Assembly: GCA_951406725.2 (NCBI GenBank)
Contig: OX597815.1
Span: forward strand, 37,696,001 to 37,760,000
Direction: 5' to 3'
Source of the DNA: Octopus vulgaris
Lineage: Eukaryota
DNA length: 64,000 bases
The notes under the pieces are model-generated. The model did not search any database and was not told the origin of the DNA. It was given only the letters and a program-made list of their open reading frames with translations. Made by a program: the position numbers and the translations under genes. Of the stretch, positions 40,199 to 53,900 are shown in pieces; position 1 is the first letter of the stretch, and the number at the start of each line of letters is the position of its first letter.

Positions 40199-41259
40199 TG
40201 TGTAACAAAAGAGAGGGTGGTGTTTCCACGCAGGAAAAGGGATGGGAAAATGTGTTGTTGAAAATGCACCTAAATTTCAAAAGCTCGTTAATGTTTAAAA
40301 CTAGTTTCAACAATATTTTTTGTTTATCAATGATAAAAGTGTAAAATTAGAAAAGCATTGTAAAAGTTTCAATGTTGACAAACTAAAATGTTTCAATGTT
40401 GACAAATTAAAATGTTTCAATTAACATGTTCAAAACAGAAGGTGTGTTTGAATGTTCATAACAGTCAATAAAATTAAAACTGTTTAGCAATTTGTTTGAA
40501 TGTACAAAGTTCAATAAATTTAGTGTTGTTCGACAAGTTATACTCAAAAAAAAAGTGTGAAATGAAAATATTAAAAAAAAGGGGAATTTGATTTACAGTT
40601 TCTCTTACTTTCTTTTAATAGACGCTTTCGCTTGTAGTGGTATGTTTTGTGATCGAGAAATACGAACTCCCTACGTCCGAGACACATCTCACATACAGAA
40701 GACTTCGAACAGGACGAAAGAAGTCGGAACTTCTCCCGTTCGAGTCGGTTCTTCCATGATACCCACAGCTTCCAAGCAGAATATAACCATTACGACAACC
40801 CAACTCAGAAACGGCCACAACGAAGAACCCACAAAAGACCAAGAGTTAGTGGAAGGGCTATTAACAGGAACACTAATTCCTTATACCAGAGAAACCAATT
40901 TTTAGACAAACTGGGCCCAAACCGGAACTCTCGATGGCACCAACCAAATATGAGATTTCGAAGGTGATAAATCTCTCACATAAAGCTCTTTCGAATCAGG
41001 ACATCAAAATTCTAGCAAAGATATTGAAATTCACCCGCAACACCACATAGGTCGAACCTAAATGATATAAAAAATGATATCCAAGAATTCTGCCGAAAAC
41101 TTCGCACCACTGAAGAACTACTGGATAAATTAGCAGTTCATACATGTGCTTCTATATGGTTAATTTATACTGCACACAAAAATAAAAGCATACTACATAC
41201 ATACAACTTCTTACAAAAATACGGATTAATGTATAACTTCTTTCTATGTTCATAATTGT

Positions 41260-42263
41260 TTGTTTATAATATTGATAAAAAATATGTCACCAAAGAAAAA
41301 CGTAATCCTTCCAGAAACGTATAAAGTAGGGAAGATTGTAGAAAACCGAAAGCGAGAGTGTGAAAAGGAAAGCGAGATGAGATTTTCTCAATATCAGCAA
41401 AAACATGTAGCAGCAGTTAATGCTGGATTATTAAGTCAATGTTTTAAAGATTATACAGAGGTCCAATAGAATTGCTCTCAGAAATAGTTTACGTACAAAT
41501 TCATTCTTCACAACTCCTGAAACTGTTTTGAGATATGATCCACCCCATTCTTATAAAAATGATAACTCTGTCGAAATAGGTGTGCTAAACACAAATTATT
41601 GTATCTGTACAGCTTTAAAATTTTCAAATCAAACAAATGGAATGTGCTGCTCAGGCGGTCAAGTAACATTGCCAGTACTACCAGCTCCTTCTCAAACTCT
41701 TATGTATCTTCTAAAAGGCATTTACATCCAGTCAAAGGATTTTATGAACAATATCAAACAGTAAAACTCTGCATTTCAAATGACATCGTTTACTGCATCG
41801 AAGAAGATAGTAGAACATGAATTTATGCCGATGTCAAAGTTCAAGGGCAAGTCTATCACCTCATTCGTTCCCTGTTACTCACAAATTAACAATCACAGTT
41901 CTTTCAAGTTTACTTTATGAGTGATATAGCACAACAAAACCGAAGGTGTCAAAATTTCAGATGATGGGTCATGTTAGACACAGCACCGACTGGTGCAAAA
42001 GAGAGTATATTCATTGACAGCTTTTCGGTGCGTTCAAATATCAAATAACCCACCACCTCCAATTTTCTATGTCAGGTTACGGCCTGAAATACTCTAAACG
42101 GACGCATAGCATGTTGCTTAGTCGAATTAGCCCATCATTTACTCCACAAATGTTTTGTTGTCAATGCTGCACTTTCTCATATCACCTGTTTCAACATAAC
42201 TGTAATATATTACATACAAACTATGCCATCTTTTTCCCGAGTAACGCCAGGTATCTCTGCTAG
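41260..42263 (+). mobile_element. Internally deleted Helitron remnant (5' end uncertain, may extend to about 40200)
   Basis: C..ALKF....GMCCSGGQVTLP..P...LL.G....SK.F.NNIKQ*NSAFQMTSF and KVQGQVYHLI of the RepHel N-terminus; 3' hairpin cccgagtaacgccagg followed by CTAG|T at 42260-42264. Confidence 0.85.
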
Positions 42264-42266
42264 TAT

Positions 42267-42297
<31 letters not shown>

Positions 42298-42475
42298 CAT
42301 ATTGTTTTGGTCGAGTCAGTTCCATTCTAGCCTACATTTCACCTCCAGATACACAGCATATTCTTTGTGATAAGTGATTGACTCGACCAAAACATAGTAT
42401 CGTCAATCTCAACCATGATATTCAGTAGTCTTTTTTCCGATAATTAATACTAAACATACGCGCACACACACACAC

Positions 42476-42509
<34 letters not shown>

Positions 42510-43147
42510 CACCACCACCACCACACCACCATACACACACACACATACACACACAAACATTACAGAAAACAAAAGACGAACACAGGCGAAGGAACAACAA
42601 GCAGGGGCACTTGTTTGACGCTCGTGAAAAATGGAAAAGTCCTTGACGTTTCGAGCCTATACTCTTAGACAGAAAGAGTTGAAATTGAAAAAGAGAAAAA
42701 GAGATCGGAGAGAGCAAAATATGTAGGGATTAACAGTTCAACATGATGAAAAGTATATATACTTACAATTGAAAAAGTCTCAATGACTGAAGCCGGTACT
42801 GTTTTAGCATTTTCTTTCTTGACTTATTTCCGTATATATATATATATATATCGAGTGAATGAGATACTTAAATGGTAAGGCACCAGGTAGGAGCGTAAAA
42901 TAGAGCGTGTACACAATAAAACCGGTGCAATACATAAGCTAGTACCGAAGAACAAGCGGGAAAATGTTCAGGATTTTATATACGATTAATTGTACTCAAC
43001 TGAATACACTAACCCGAAGGCCAATTTAGGAAACGTACATTGTACTAAATGTACGGTGCGTAATATACTTCGGATCCACTCAAGGAGCAGGTTCTGAATA
43101 AGATGAATAATTATAGATAAGTAATAACAGATAGATAAAATGTCTAT

Positions 43148-43229
43148 CCACTACAGCCGTTTCCAAAGAGTTTTTGACTGATTAATGGAGAAATTGCATT
43201 AGAAAAAACCGTTTTCATCAGATGACTAC
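43148..43229 (-). ncRNA. Partly decayed hammerhead ribozyme
   Basis: Minus strand: tcat-CTGATGA-aaac...tttg-GAAA-cggctg-TA-gtgg; helix II closing pair is mismatched. Confidence 0.55.
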
Positions 43230-43446
43230 ATGAATCACAACATTCCCAAACATGGAAATATCACCAGTGCCATTCATATTCTTATGACCAGTACTAGCCA
43301 TAGAATCATGAAGTGGCAAAAACTGTTGGCTTTTGAATGTTTTTGAATGTAGTGATCTATGTATCGACCTCATGTAATTTTTCCATTAACCCGTTAAAAC
43401 TCGTTGCATACAGCTGTAGTGGAGTGAGACATTATCCACCTGTAGC

Positions 43447-43477
<31 letters not shown>

Positions 43478-43478
<1 letters not shown>

Positions 43479-43913
43479 AAAAAGTGTGGAATATAATTAA
43501 TTTAATAAAATTAATCAATTTCACCTAGTAGATTTATCGGTATGGAAAAGACCATATTTGGTAAGGGTTATAATAATTATAATTAAGGGTTAATTGCAAC
43601 AAGTTGCTCAAAACCACATACCGAAAATATTAGAAATAGCAGCCAAAATTGATCACTATTTTCTCTACTAATTAAAAGTCTCCACAAACAAACAGAATTT
43701 GTAACCTGTATATGGCAAAAAAGGAAGAAAATAACCATAGGCTGGGATCTCGTTATTTTCTTCTTTTTTTGCCATATACAGATTACAAATTCTGTTTGTT
43801 TGTGGAGACTTTTTATTAGTAGAGGAAATAGTGATCAATTTTGGCCGCTATTTCTAATATTTTCGGTATGTGGTTTTGAGCAACTTGTTGCAATTAACCC
43901 TTAATTATAATTA
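43478..43913. mobile_element. Fold-back element, IR 43574-43913 plus a one-sided extension to (TA)n
   Basis: Arms of about 160 bp, highly similar. Confidence 0.9.
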
Positions 43914-44178
43914 AGATTTTTAAACATACTAGACCACTGGTTTTAAATTGATATTATTCAAATTAATATTATTAATAAATTAATATTATTCAAATATATA
44001 TATATATATACATATATATATAAAAGTATAAAAAGGATGACCTGCAAGTGGACATCCATTATGCTAGAAAAAGATCCGCTATGGTCTTACCACTAAGAAA
44101 AGAATGTTCTCAAGAAAATTTAGTAGACGCCAGAACGTAAGCGAGTAAGACAAATTAAAAGATACAAAATATAGATTA

Positions 44179-44251
44179 ATCACGAACCAGGTTTCGTTGT
44201 TAATGTTTACGTAATCATTTACGCAATCATCCGGAAACTCGTCAGTGTGAT
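44179..44251 (-). ncRNA. Hammerhead ribozyme in a (TA)n-flanked element (44034-44262; decayed homolog at about 2425-2650)
   Basis: Minus strand: atcaca-CTGACGA-gtt...aac-GAAA-cctgg-TT-cgtgat. Confidence 0.65.
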
Positions 44252-44260
44252 CGTCTTTGC

Positions 44261-44328
<68 letters not shown>

Positions 44329-44423
44329 GTATGTAATATAATTTTTTATGAAACTTCAGATTTTTAAACATACTAGACCACTGGTTTTAAATTGATATTA
44401 TTCAAATTAATATTCAATTTTTC

Positions 44424-45238
44424 AGCTTGGTACAGATTGACCTTGAAATTCGTTGTGCATGCTTACTAGGTTTTAATGTTGTAGCTTACTTCTGCTGTTT
44501 ACAGCACTGTTTGGAAGGTGTGTAGCGTGTGCTCGTCGCATTGACCACCACAGAGAAAGTTGAGTAGAGAAGCTGCATCACAATTTGCCAAAAGCTTGGT
44601 GAAACTTGCTCAGAGGCCAACGCAAACTTTTCAAACGGTTTTCATCATTTTAAACTCAATCAAGGAGATCTTCTGCAACTTAAACCCAAGTGTCTTTTTG
44701 GTCAGATGAAAGCAGTTTTGAAACATACTTAGCAGACATGCGTCTCATACCCAAATCTTTAGTGATAATGGACTGAACTAAACCGTAACAAATCTGCATA
44801 ACATCTGATAACTCACGGATAGCGATTCGATGATTTTCCCTTGCAGCTGTACGCACATCTACGATGTTTTTCACAGTTCTGCTGGTTGCAGGTCTCCCAG
44901 AGCGTTCATCAATATCTTTTAGGCCATCCTGGAAACGTCTGAATCACTCGTACACTTGTGTGCGGCTCATACACTCCTCTCCATACACTTTCTGCAACTT
45001 TGCGTAGTCCTCTGAGCAGGTATCGCCATGATAACTTTTTGTCATCGTCAATGTGATAATCACACGCTACAAGCCTTCCTTCCAAGCACTGCTGTAAACA
45101 ACGGAGGTAAGCTAGAACGTTACAACTCAGTGCGCATGCTTAGCAGAATTAAAGGCCAATCTTTGCCAAGTAGCTTTACTCTGTGTCGTTTAGCGTCGTT
45201 ACTTCAACAACAGTCCGGATACTTATTATCCAAACCTC

Positions 45239-45240
<2 letters not shown>
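44424..45240 (-). mobile_element. Mariner-derived element carrying two inverted 5' ends
   Basis: Transposase N-terminal remnant (IAIRELS...IITKDLGMRRMSAKYVSKLLS); TA|CGAGG terminus at 45240; 44426-44627 is an inverted copy of about 44997-45170. Confidence 0.8.
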
Positions 45241-45281
<41 letters not shown>

Positions 45282-45311
45282 CAAAATAAGTAACAAGGAT
45301 ACCCAGAGGTA

Positions 45312-45401
45312 ATGCAGTACGATCGTTTCATGCGACTCCATTCAATTGAACAATGAAAATATCACATCAGTTTTAAAATGTAGAGCAATCTTCAGCTGCA
45401 T
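45312..45401 (-). ncRNA. Hammerhead ribozyme
   Basis: Minus strand: atgcag-CTGAAGA-ttgc...gcat-GAAA-cgatcg-TA-ctgcat. Confidence 0.85.
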
Positions 45402-46859
45402 AAAAATATATTTATTTAGATTTATTACTGGGGTCGGGGCTCTAATTTTATAGACTAGTTTATCAAGTCTAGTGGAAACTAGAATCTATCTTTTATGGAT
45501 AGAGTAAAAAGGACAGTTTAAGTGGCAGAGTCATAAATCAAGATCCCTTTGAAGTAGAAACCATTCAGGTTCAGTAAGAATATATTTTTAGCCAAAATTT
45601 GCAGGCTAAAGCTGATGGGGAAGGGAGAGTAAAACATAATACTTAAATATTTGACAGCTATAACCCCAATGATAATTTGAAATACATAGGTACATTTTAG
45701 AGAGTTTTTTTCACAAAAAATCAGAATAATTTCAGTATTTTACACAATATAGGAATGGAGAAATAGAAATAATTTCATATTTATATAAAATTCTATACCA
45801 ACCCAATATATATTTATAGTTAAGTAGTAAATAGTAATTTATTGGTATTAATGAGTTAAATTAAAGGAATATGTTAACAATTTCATATATTTTCTATATG
45901 CTAATAAACGTGGAACATATTTCTTGTATTATGAAATAGATAGGGAAATATATCAGTATGGTTCTATATAGGTTGAGTGTGAAATCTATGGAGTTGCATG
46001 AAACGAAAATATCATTTTATTAACAATATTATCAATAAAATGATATTTTCGTTTCATGCAACTCCATTTAATTGAACAATGCAAATATTACCGCAATATC
46101 ATTTTATTGATAATATATTTCCATAGATTTCACACTCAACCTATACAGAACCATACTGATATATTTCACTATCTATTTTATAATGCAAGAAATATGTTCT
46201 AAGATTATTAGCATATAGAAAATATATGAAAGTTTTGACATATTCCTTTAATTTAACTCATTGATACCAATAAATTACTATTTACTAATTAACTATAAAT
46301 ATATATTGGGTTGGTATAGAAATTTATATAAATATGAAATTATTTCTATATTCTCCATCCCTATATTGTGCAAAATACTGAAATTATTCTGATTTTTTTG
46401 TGAAAAAAAACCTCTTTAAAATATACCTATATATTTCAAATTATCATTGGGGTTAAGTATTAAAAGTTTTACTCTCCCTACCCCATCAGCTTTAGCCTGC
46501 AAATTCTGGCTGAAATATATTCTTACTGAACCCGAATGGTTTCTACTTCAAAGGGATCTTGATTTATGATTCTGCCACTTAAACTATCTTTTTTACTCTA
46601 TCCATAAAAGATATATTCTAGTTTCCATTAGACTTGATAAACTAGTCCATAAAATTAGAACCCCCACCCCAGTAATAAATCTAAATAACAAAGTAAAATC
46701 AATGATAAGCAGTGTCTTCCTGTGAAAAAATATCAGTTACTACTATGATATTGTTGATGAAACGTGTCCTTTGTCTACCTACTTATCCCCTTTGTGATTT
46801 TGGTTAATACAATAACTATATAAATGAATCCTTCGAATTTAACTAAATTCTATATTTTT

Positions 46860-46949
46860 ATGCAGCTGAAGATTGCTTTACATTTTAAAACTGATGTAAT
46901 ATTTGCATTGTTCAATTGAATGGAGTCGCATGAAATGATCGTACTGCAT
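46860..46949 (+). ncRNA. Hammerhead ribozyme (mirror copy)
   Basis: atgcag-CTGAAGA-ttgc...gcat-GAAA-tgatcg-TA-ctgcat. Confidence 0.8.
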
Positions 46950-47110
46950 TACCTCTGGATATCGTTGTTGCTTATTTTGATTGTATTCACCCCGTTTTGA
47001 ATTATATATGTAATATCATACAATATTCTGGTGCCTTTAACTTAAGTACCATATTCAATTGAAAATAAATGTTACTGAACTTATATATTAAATATATATA
47101 TTACATATAT

Positions 47111-47171
<61 letters not shown>

Positions 47172-48095
47172 TGAGTGAAAGAGAGAGTGAGTGAAAGAGA
47201 GAGTGAGAGAGAGAGAGATAAAACTTACTTGGAAAAGGATGCATGGCGTTCGATCATATAAAATGTTGATAATATATAAATATATGCATATATACATATA
47301 TATATATGTACATATCTACATACATATGTATATATATATATGCATATATGGGTACAGGACATTAAAGAAACGTTGAACACAATGAGAAACGAAAACATAA
47401 AACAAAAACATAGAAACAAAATTTTTTTCTCTCCCTCTCTTGTTCTTCTTCTTTTCTGGTTTTCTCTCCCAACCTTCCTAATTCTTGTCCTCTCCCCTTC
47501 GTCGTTCCCTCTCTCTTACTCCTCCTCCTCGACGCTCTCGTCACTGACACGTGATCAGAGGGAAGCCATATTTCCGACTGCTATCTTCACCAAGACTAGA
47601 CCAGCTTATTCAATCTCTTTCAGAATAATTTTTCCATCGTCTTGGCTTAACAGTCCTCATCGTTTGTTTTTACTGTTTTATTCTCATTGTCCTGTCTTTT
47701 ACTCTTTTTACTTTGTTATTGTTTTTACTGTTTTGTTCTTACTGTCCTGTTCTTGTTACCACTTTTACCCCCCCCCCCGCAAAAACTCCTAAATTTTATT
47801 TAATTTGCTTTGCGGGAAGAACTGTTTCAACGAAGTCGCATATTGTCCTTACCTTCGAGGCGGGGAATAGATGAAACATGGACAACTGAGGAAGGGGAAT
47901 ATTCCTTGTGTTGTGTGTCTTGTACTCTGTTTTTCCGTTGAATGAAAAAACAGTTCGTTTCTATGTTTTTGTTTTTATGTTTACGTTTCTTATTGTGTTC
48001 AACGTATTTTTATGACCTGTACCCATACATGCATGTATACATACATATATATGTACACATGTACATATATGTATGTATATTTGCATATATTTATA

Positions 48096-48169
<74 letters not shown>

Positions 48170-48326
48170 ATATATATATATATATTCAAATATGAATTAT
48201 AAGCAGCTCAATGTATATAAACAAGATCGAACACACATACACGAGATGTGTGTGTGTGTGTGTATTTTTATAGTTCATGAGTCGGCTGCACTTTTTTAGC
48301 CGTAAGATAATATATTCTCTATAGAT

Positions 48327-48614
48327 CTGGTGTGAAAAAACAAACACCTGAAAATAAGTTACAGTCAAGTGCGACAACTCTCATCAGGTCCTTTCTCGCA
48401 GTCGAGTATGAATGTATGCTATATGGTTTAAACTTTTATCATACAGTCATACAGTCATAGTCGGTGATATATCTTGCAGCGGTCCTTGTTCGGTATGCGA
48501 TATTGATAAGTCAAGACAATGACGGACCATCGATGTCTGTCGCTCCGAGAAAGGACCTGATGTGAGTTGTTTTACTTAATTGTGACTTACTTTCATGTTT
48601 TTCTTTTTACACCA
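48327..48614. repeat. Imperfect inverted-repeat element
   Basis: acaactctcatcaggtcctttctcg / cgagaaaggacctgatgtgagttgt, with weaker outer arms. Confidence 0.7.
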
Positions 48615-48695
48615 GGTGCATTTGGAATATATTCTCTTAAAATCTTGAAATTGACTAACAACGTAAATACATTGTGTATATGTATTCGATTTTGT

Positions 48696-48772
<77 letters not shown>

Positions 48773-48855
48773 GGTCCCGGGTTGATTCGGGGTTAACCAC
48801 AGTAAGTAAGGTACTCAATACATAGCAGAGTAAAATTAATTTATTATATAGAAGG

Positions 48856-48906
48856 AGCTTCTACAGGACTAGTACTGTTTCATTCAAGAGAAATCTTCAG
48901 GAAGCT
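48856..48906 (-). ncRNA. Minimal hammerhead ribozyme
   Basis: Minus strand: agcttc-CTGAAGA-tttc tctt gaat-GAAA-cag tactagtc ctg-TA-gaagct. Confidence 0.85.
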
Positions 48907-49286
48907 ATTTAACAAGAATTGTATTAGCATTTATACATTTAGGCAGGTTTAAAGGAGTGGTGGTGGGGGACTTTTTGGGGGTAGGCATAGCGCAAAATAT
49001 CATACTTGGGGGAGTGGTCAAGGAGTCAGTGGTAAGTTAGATGAAGGAATAGATAAATAAAAAAATAAAAAAATAAAAAAATAAAAAAATATATTATTTT
49101 TATTTTTTATATTTTTTTATTTTTTTATTTTTTTATTTATCTATTCCTTCATCTAACTTACCACTGACTCCTTGACCACTCCCCCAAGTATGATATTTTG
49201 CGCTATGCCTACCCCCAAAAAGTCCCCCACCACCACTCCTTTAAACCTGCCTAAATGTATAAATGCTAATACAATTCTTGTTAAAT

Positions 49287-49337
49287 AGCTTCCTGAAGAT
49301 TTCTCTTGAATGAAACAGTACTAGTCCTGTAGAAGCT
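49287..49337 (+). ncRNA. Minimal hammerhead ribozyme (mirror copy)
   Basis: agcttc-CTGAAGA-tttctcttgaat-GAAA-cagtactagtcctg-TA-gaagct. Confidence 0.85.
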
Positions 49338-49361
49338 CCTTCTATATAATAAAAAAATATT

Positions 49362-49393
<32 letters not shown>

Positions 49394-49407
49394 TATATAC
49401 ATATATA

Positions 49408-49835
<428 letters not shown>

Positions 49836-50036
49836 TAAATAAAATATATATACATATGTAAGAATATATTGAGGGTGTTCGGATTACATTCGACAATTAG
49901 CTTATTTTTACGTACCTTCTTATTTATTTTTTACTATTCCTGTTTTTACTTTCCTTATTATTTGTTTATATTAAAGATGGCCAATTCCTAAATTTCTGTC
50001 TAGCGCTTTAATTATTCGATTGGAAGCAACACAGTA

Positions 50037-50405
50037 TACTCTTTATTCTTTTACTCTTTTACTTGTTCCAGTCATTTGACTGCAGCCATGCTGGTGCACC
50101 ATCTTGAAGGGCTTTAATTCGAACAAATCGACCCAAGGACTTACATCTTCAGCCTAATACATATTTCATCGGTTTCTCTTGCCGAATCGCTGAGTTACGT
50201 GACGTAATCACACCAGCACCGGTTGTCAAGCAGTGAGCGACACATATAGACACACATATACACATACACACGGGCTTCATTCAGTTTCTGTCTACCACAT
50301 CCACTTACAAGGCTTTGGTTGGTCTGAGGCTATAACAAAAGACACTTGCCCAAGTTACCACACAGTGGGACTGAACCCAGAATCATGTGGTTTGGAAGCA
50401 AGCTC
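50037..50405 (-). mobile_element. Older SINE family A copy
   Basis: Diverged reverse complement of the 18601 copy. Confidence 0.85.
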
Positions 50406-50689
50406 CTGAGGAAATTTTTTGTGTATATTTAGAGAAAATTGTTAGTGCAACCATGATGTACCATTAATCTCATGAACTAACTTTTTTTCATTTGAATTAA
50501 TTTATGAATATTCAATTTTATTGTATAAAGCTGAACGTACACATTAATGTAAACATGTATGCATAATTTTTTCCCTACTGAAATTGATATCCCATGATGA
50601 AGGTTGCAAGACGGCCGTCATCCTATGGAAGTCACGTGGTTAAATAAATATATATATTCACCTATTACGAACACAGATCTGAAATACCA

Positions 50690-51370
50690 AACAAAATTAA
50701 ATGTCTGCCAAATAGTTGTGATCTCCACTCTCCTTTACGGTTGTGAAACTTGGACTCTTTACCGAAGTGACATAAAAAACTAGATCGATTTCATCAACAG
50801 AAGCTCCGCTCACTTATGATTATCACATGGAATTACCATATGACCGATGTCTCAGTTCAGGAGAGAACATAAAGCAGCAGCATCGAGGCCACCATCCTGA
50901 AGCATCATCTGAGATGAGCAAGCCAAGTAGCAAGAATGAAAGAGACCAGGCTGCCTCGTCAAATTTTGTCTGTTGAACTTTCCTCCGGAAGAAGGTTCTG
51001 TGGCTGACCCTTCTGGCGATACAAGGACCAGTTGAAGCAAAACCTAGAACTGACTGCAATCTACCCCAAACACTGGGACATTGAAGTTCAGGGTAGGCCC
51101 GGCTGGCATCATTTCATCTCCACTGTGACAGATCCTTTTGAAGCTGAACGACAGAGGAAAGAAAAGAAAGGACAATAAAAAAAATGGAAGCTGCAACAAC
51201 CAAAGCCTCCACCACGGATCCCCTATGAACTTTGCAACAGACGTTTCCCTGCAAGAATCGGCCTCTTTAGCCATCAGAGGTATAAACACAGACAGAGGAG
51301 AAGAAGTGGTCAAGAACAAGCAAAATAAATTATCGGACACGATGAAACGCCGCCGACGACCTACTAACTT
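50690..51370 (+). mobile_element. 3' fragment of an RTE-clade LINE
   Basis: LLYGCETWTLY..DIKKLDRFHQ.KLR, RLPRQIL..EL, RYKDQLKQNL and C-terminal C2H2-like CNRRFPARIGLFSHQRYKH, with stops and frameshifts. Confidence 0.85.
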
Positions 51371-51384
51371 CCTCTTTGTACACG

Positions 51385-51416
<32 letters not shown>

Positions 51417-51872
51417 CAGAAAATTACACAACTCACTCAAATATAAGTTTTAAGCAACAAATTTTGATGTTCGTCCGTGTGTGCGAGCACGCGTAAATGG
51501 CTGAAGGGTATGATGTATAAATAGTTTAGAGAAAACAAAATAGTTTAAATGAATCTATCGGTACACAACATAAATTACCACAATAATGAGGAAAAAATAG
51601 TAAAATTACGAATAATTGGAAGTTTAGAAAATGTATTTATAAATTAATGATTATTTTATAATGAAGATTTAATAAAATTCTAAGCTATTGTTTCTGTGCG
51701 ATGTTAAACTTCGGAAAATAAAATCTTGAAATAATGATTTCAATTACAGCGAGTGTAAGAGATGTCCATATTAGATTGAGTATTTAATTGGACTAGATTT
51801 TATATGATATCTAGACGAAGCGGTCGTGTCTATTAGTAAACGAAATGCAGAAGGATGATCGAATGTAGAAAT

Positions 51873-52052
<180 letters not shown>

Positions 52053-53183
52053 AAAATAGAATTATGTAAGTTTAAATAGTAAATGAGTGGAATTCGAACC
52101 GGTGAGTGCGTAGATAATATGGCATTAAGACAATATTAATCTCCACAATAATATTTGCTTCAACACGCGGATTCACATAAAGAATCTTAAATACTTAAAT
52201 CTTTTGTTTCGAATCACGCTGTTTATAGTGCATATGACGATTTATTAATGGTTGGCTGATATCAGTACGAATCAGTTAAAAGTTTTTTCGCTAAAAGGAT
52301 AAACAACACCATCAACTCTCGTTGGATTTGCCCAAGTACTTCTGGCTGGCGAGTCACAACCTGTCGAAACACCGGTTTCTCATAATACTTTGTGCTAATT
52401 TATCGTATATGTTGGTAACATAAAATCATTGTAAAAGAGGTGCTAACTCTTGTAAAAAATAGAACTTCGATGAACACGTGTGACTTCGATGCCAAAACAT
52501 AATTGAAATGAATATGCAACTCATATGATGATTTATTCTCAGAAAATAGTTTTGCAAGATTTCAGATTATTTATAAGTCATTGGAGAAGAAATTTATCAT
52601 GTTGTATATCGTGTTAAGTTGACACTTGTATGAGACTGGAAGAGATGGTGTAACATATGAAAGAGAGAGAAAAGGGAGAGTGAGGGAAAGAGGAGAGAGA
52701 CAGGGGGAGAGAGATAGAAAAAGGAAAAAGAGAGAAGGAGAGCGATAAATGAGTGACTAGAAATTTAGCTACAAGATGACTACTATGAAGATTACCAGTT
52801 TATAAAATGATCGTATAAGTTTGGCGAACTGGTTCAGTAAGACAAGTTAATATCATACTAAGGTAGAGATCATAGAATATTGATATACAAAAGCAATTGA
52901 TTATTACAAGTTACAAACTGTGATATCAAACTGAGTTTTAGTGAACTTCGTATGATATTAGCATTTTCAATTTTATTAGTGGGCAACATGCGGTTTCTTG
53001 TAATATGAGTGTATAAATACAGAACGTCCTAATGGAAAGTCACGAGGTCATAACAATTACAAGAGTAGTTTAGCTGTGTGCTTATTTACTTAGGACAGAA
53101 TTAAGTATCGTCCTAATTATTACTTTCTTTCGGATTAAATGAAAACGTTCGTGTTTGTGAGTAATGTCGATTTACAGTTTCAA

Positions 53184-53399
<216 letters not shown>

Positions 53400-53400
<1 letters not shown>

Positions 53401-53660
53401 TCGTTTTGGGATTTGGTTCGCAAGATTCTTTATATGAATTCGTGTGTTGAAGCATATTCTGTTGTATCTGGGGAGAGTCAATTTCTTTTGGTGCCTTATA
53501 ATGTAACACACTGACCGGTAAAATTTCCACTTATCTTTTAACTTTATTTTCCTAAAATTTTCGTTGCGTCTTGCAAGACTATTGAAAAGGTTGCAAGACG
53601 CAACGAAAATTTTAGGAAGATAGAAATAAGAAATAAGTGGAAATTTTACCGGTTAGTGTG
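53400..53660. mobile_element. Fold-back element (IR 53507-53660) with a one-sided tail homologous to 10690-10785 and 52153-52190
   Basis: cctaaaattttcgttgcgtcttgcaa / ttgcaagacgcaacgaaaattttagg. Confidence 0.8.
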
Positions 53661-53831
53661 CTTAGCGGTACTTTGCCAGTCGCTACGTTCTGAGTTCAAA
53701 TTTAGCCGAGGTCGACTTTCCCATTCCTCCTTTCGGGGTCGATAAATCAAGTACCACTAAAACGCAGGAACCGATGTAATCGTCTAGTCCCTTTCCCTTA
53801 GATTTCTGGCCTTGTGCCTTTAGTAGAAAGG

Positions 53832-53833
<2 letters not shown>
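53661..53833 (+). mobile_element. SINE family B, head truncated
   Basis: gttctgagttcaaat...gaggtcgacttt...cctttcggggtcgataaa. Confidence 0.8.

Positions 53834-53898
<65 letters not shown>

Positions 53899-53900
<2 letters not shown>

Larger units (their letters stand above)
45279..47090. mobile_element. 1.7-kb fold-back element with hammerheads at both outer ends
   Basis: Arms 45279-45990 and about 46120-46982 (right arm has an extra ~165 bp), small nested hairpin in the centre, ~100-bp one-sided tail, (TA)-rich flanks. Confidence 0.9.
48770..49353. mobile_element. Young fold-back element with two hammerheads, inserted in (TA)n
   Basis: Essentially identical ~245-bp arms (48840-49353) around an A/T spacer, plus a 70-bp one-sided tail. 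Confidence 0.93.

Noticed and set aside
42303-42394. 16-bp inverted repeat as a MITE
   Set aside because: No clear TSD and no second copy in the window; cannot be classified.
47880-47930. CTGAGGA plus hairpin as a hammerhead (also 59514 and 48379)
   Set aside because: No GAAA in the required position.
51138-51446. 102-aa ORF as a host gene
   Set aside because: Off-frame reading of the RTE LINE 3' end.
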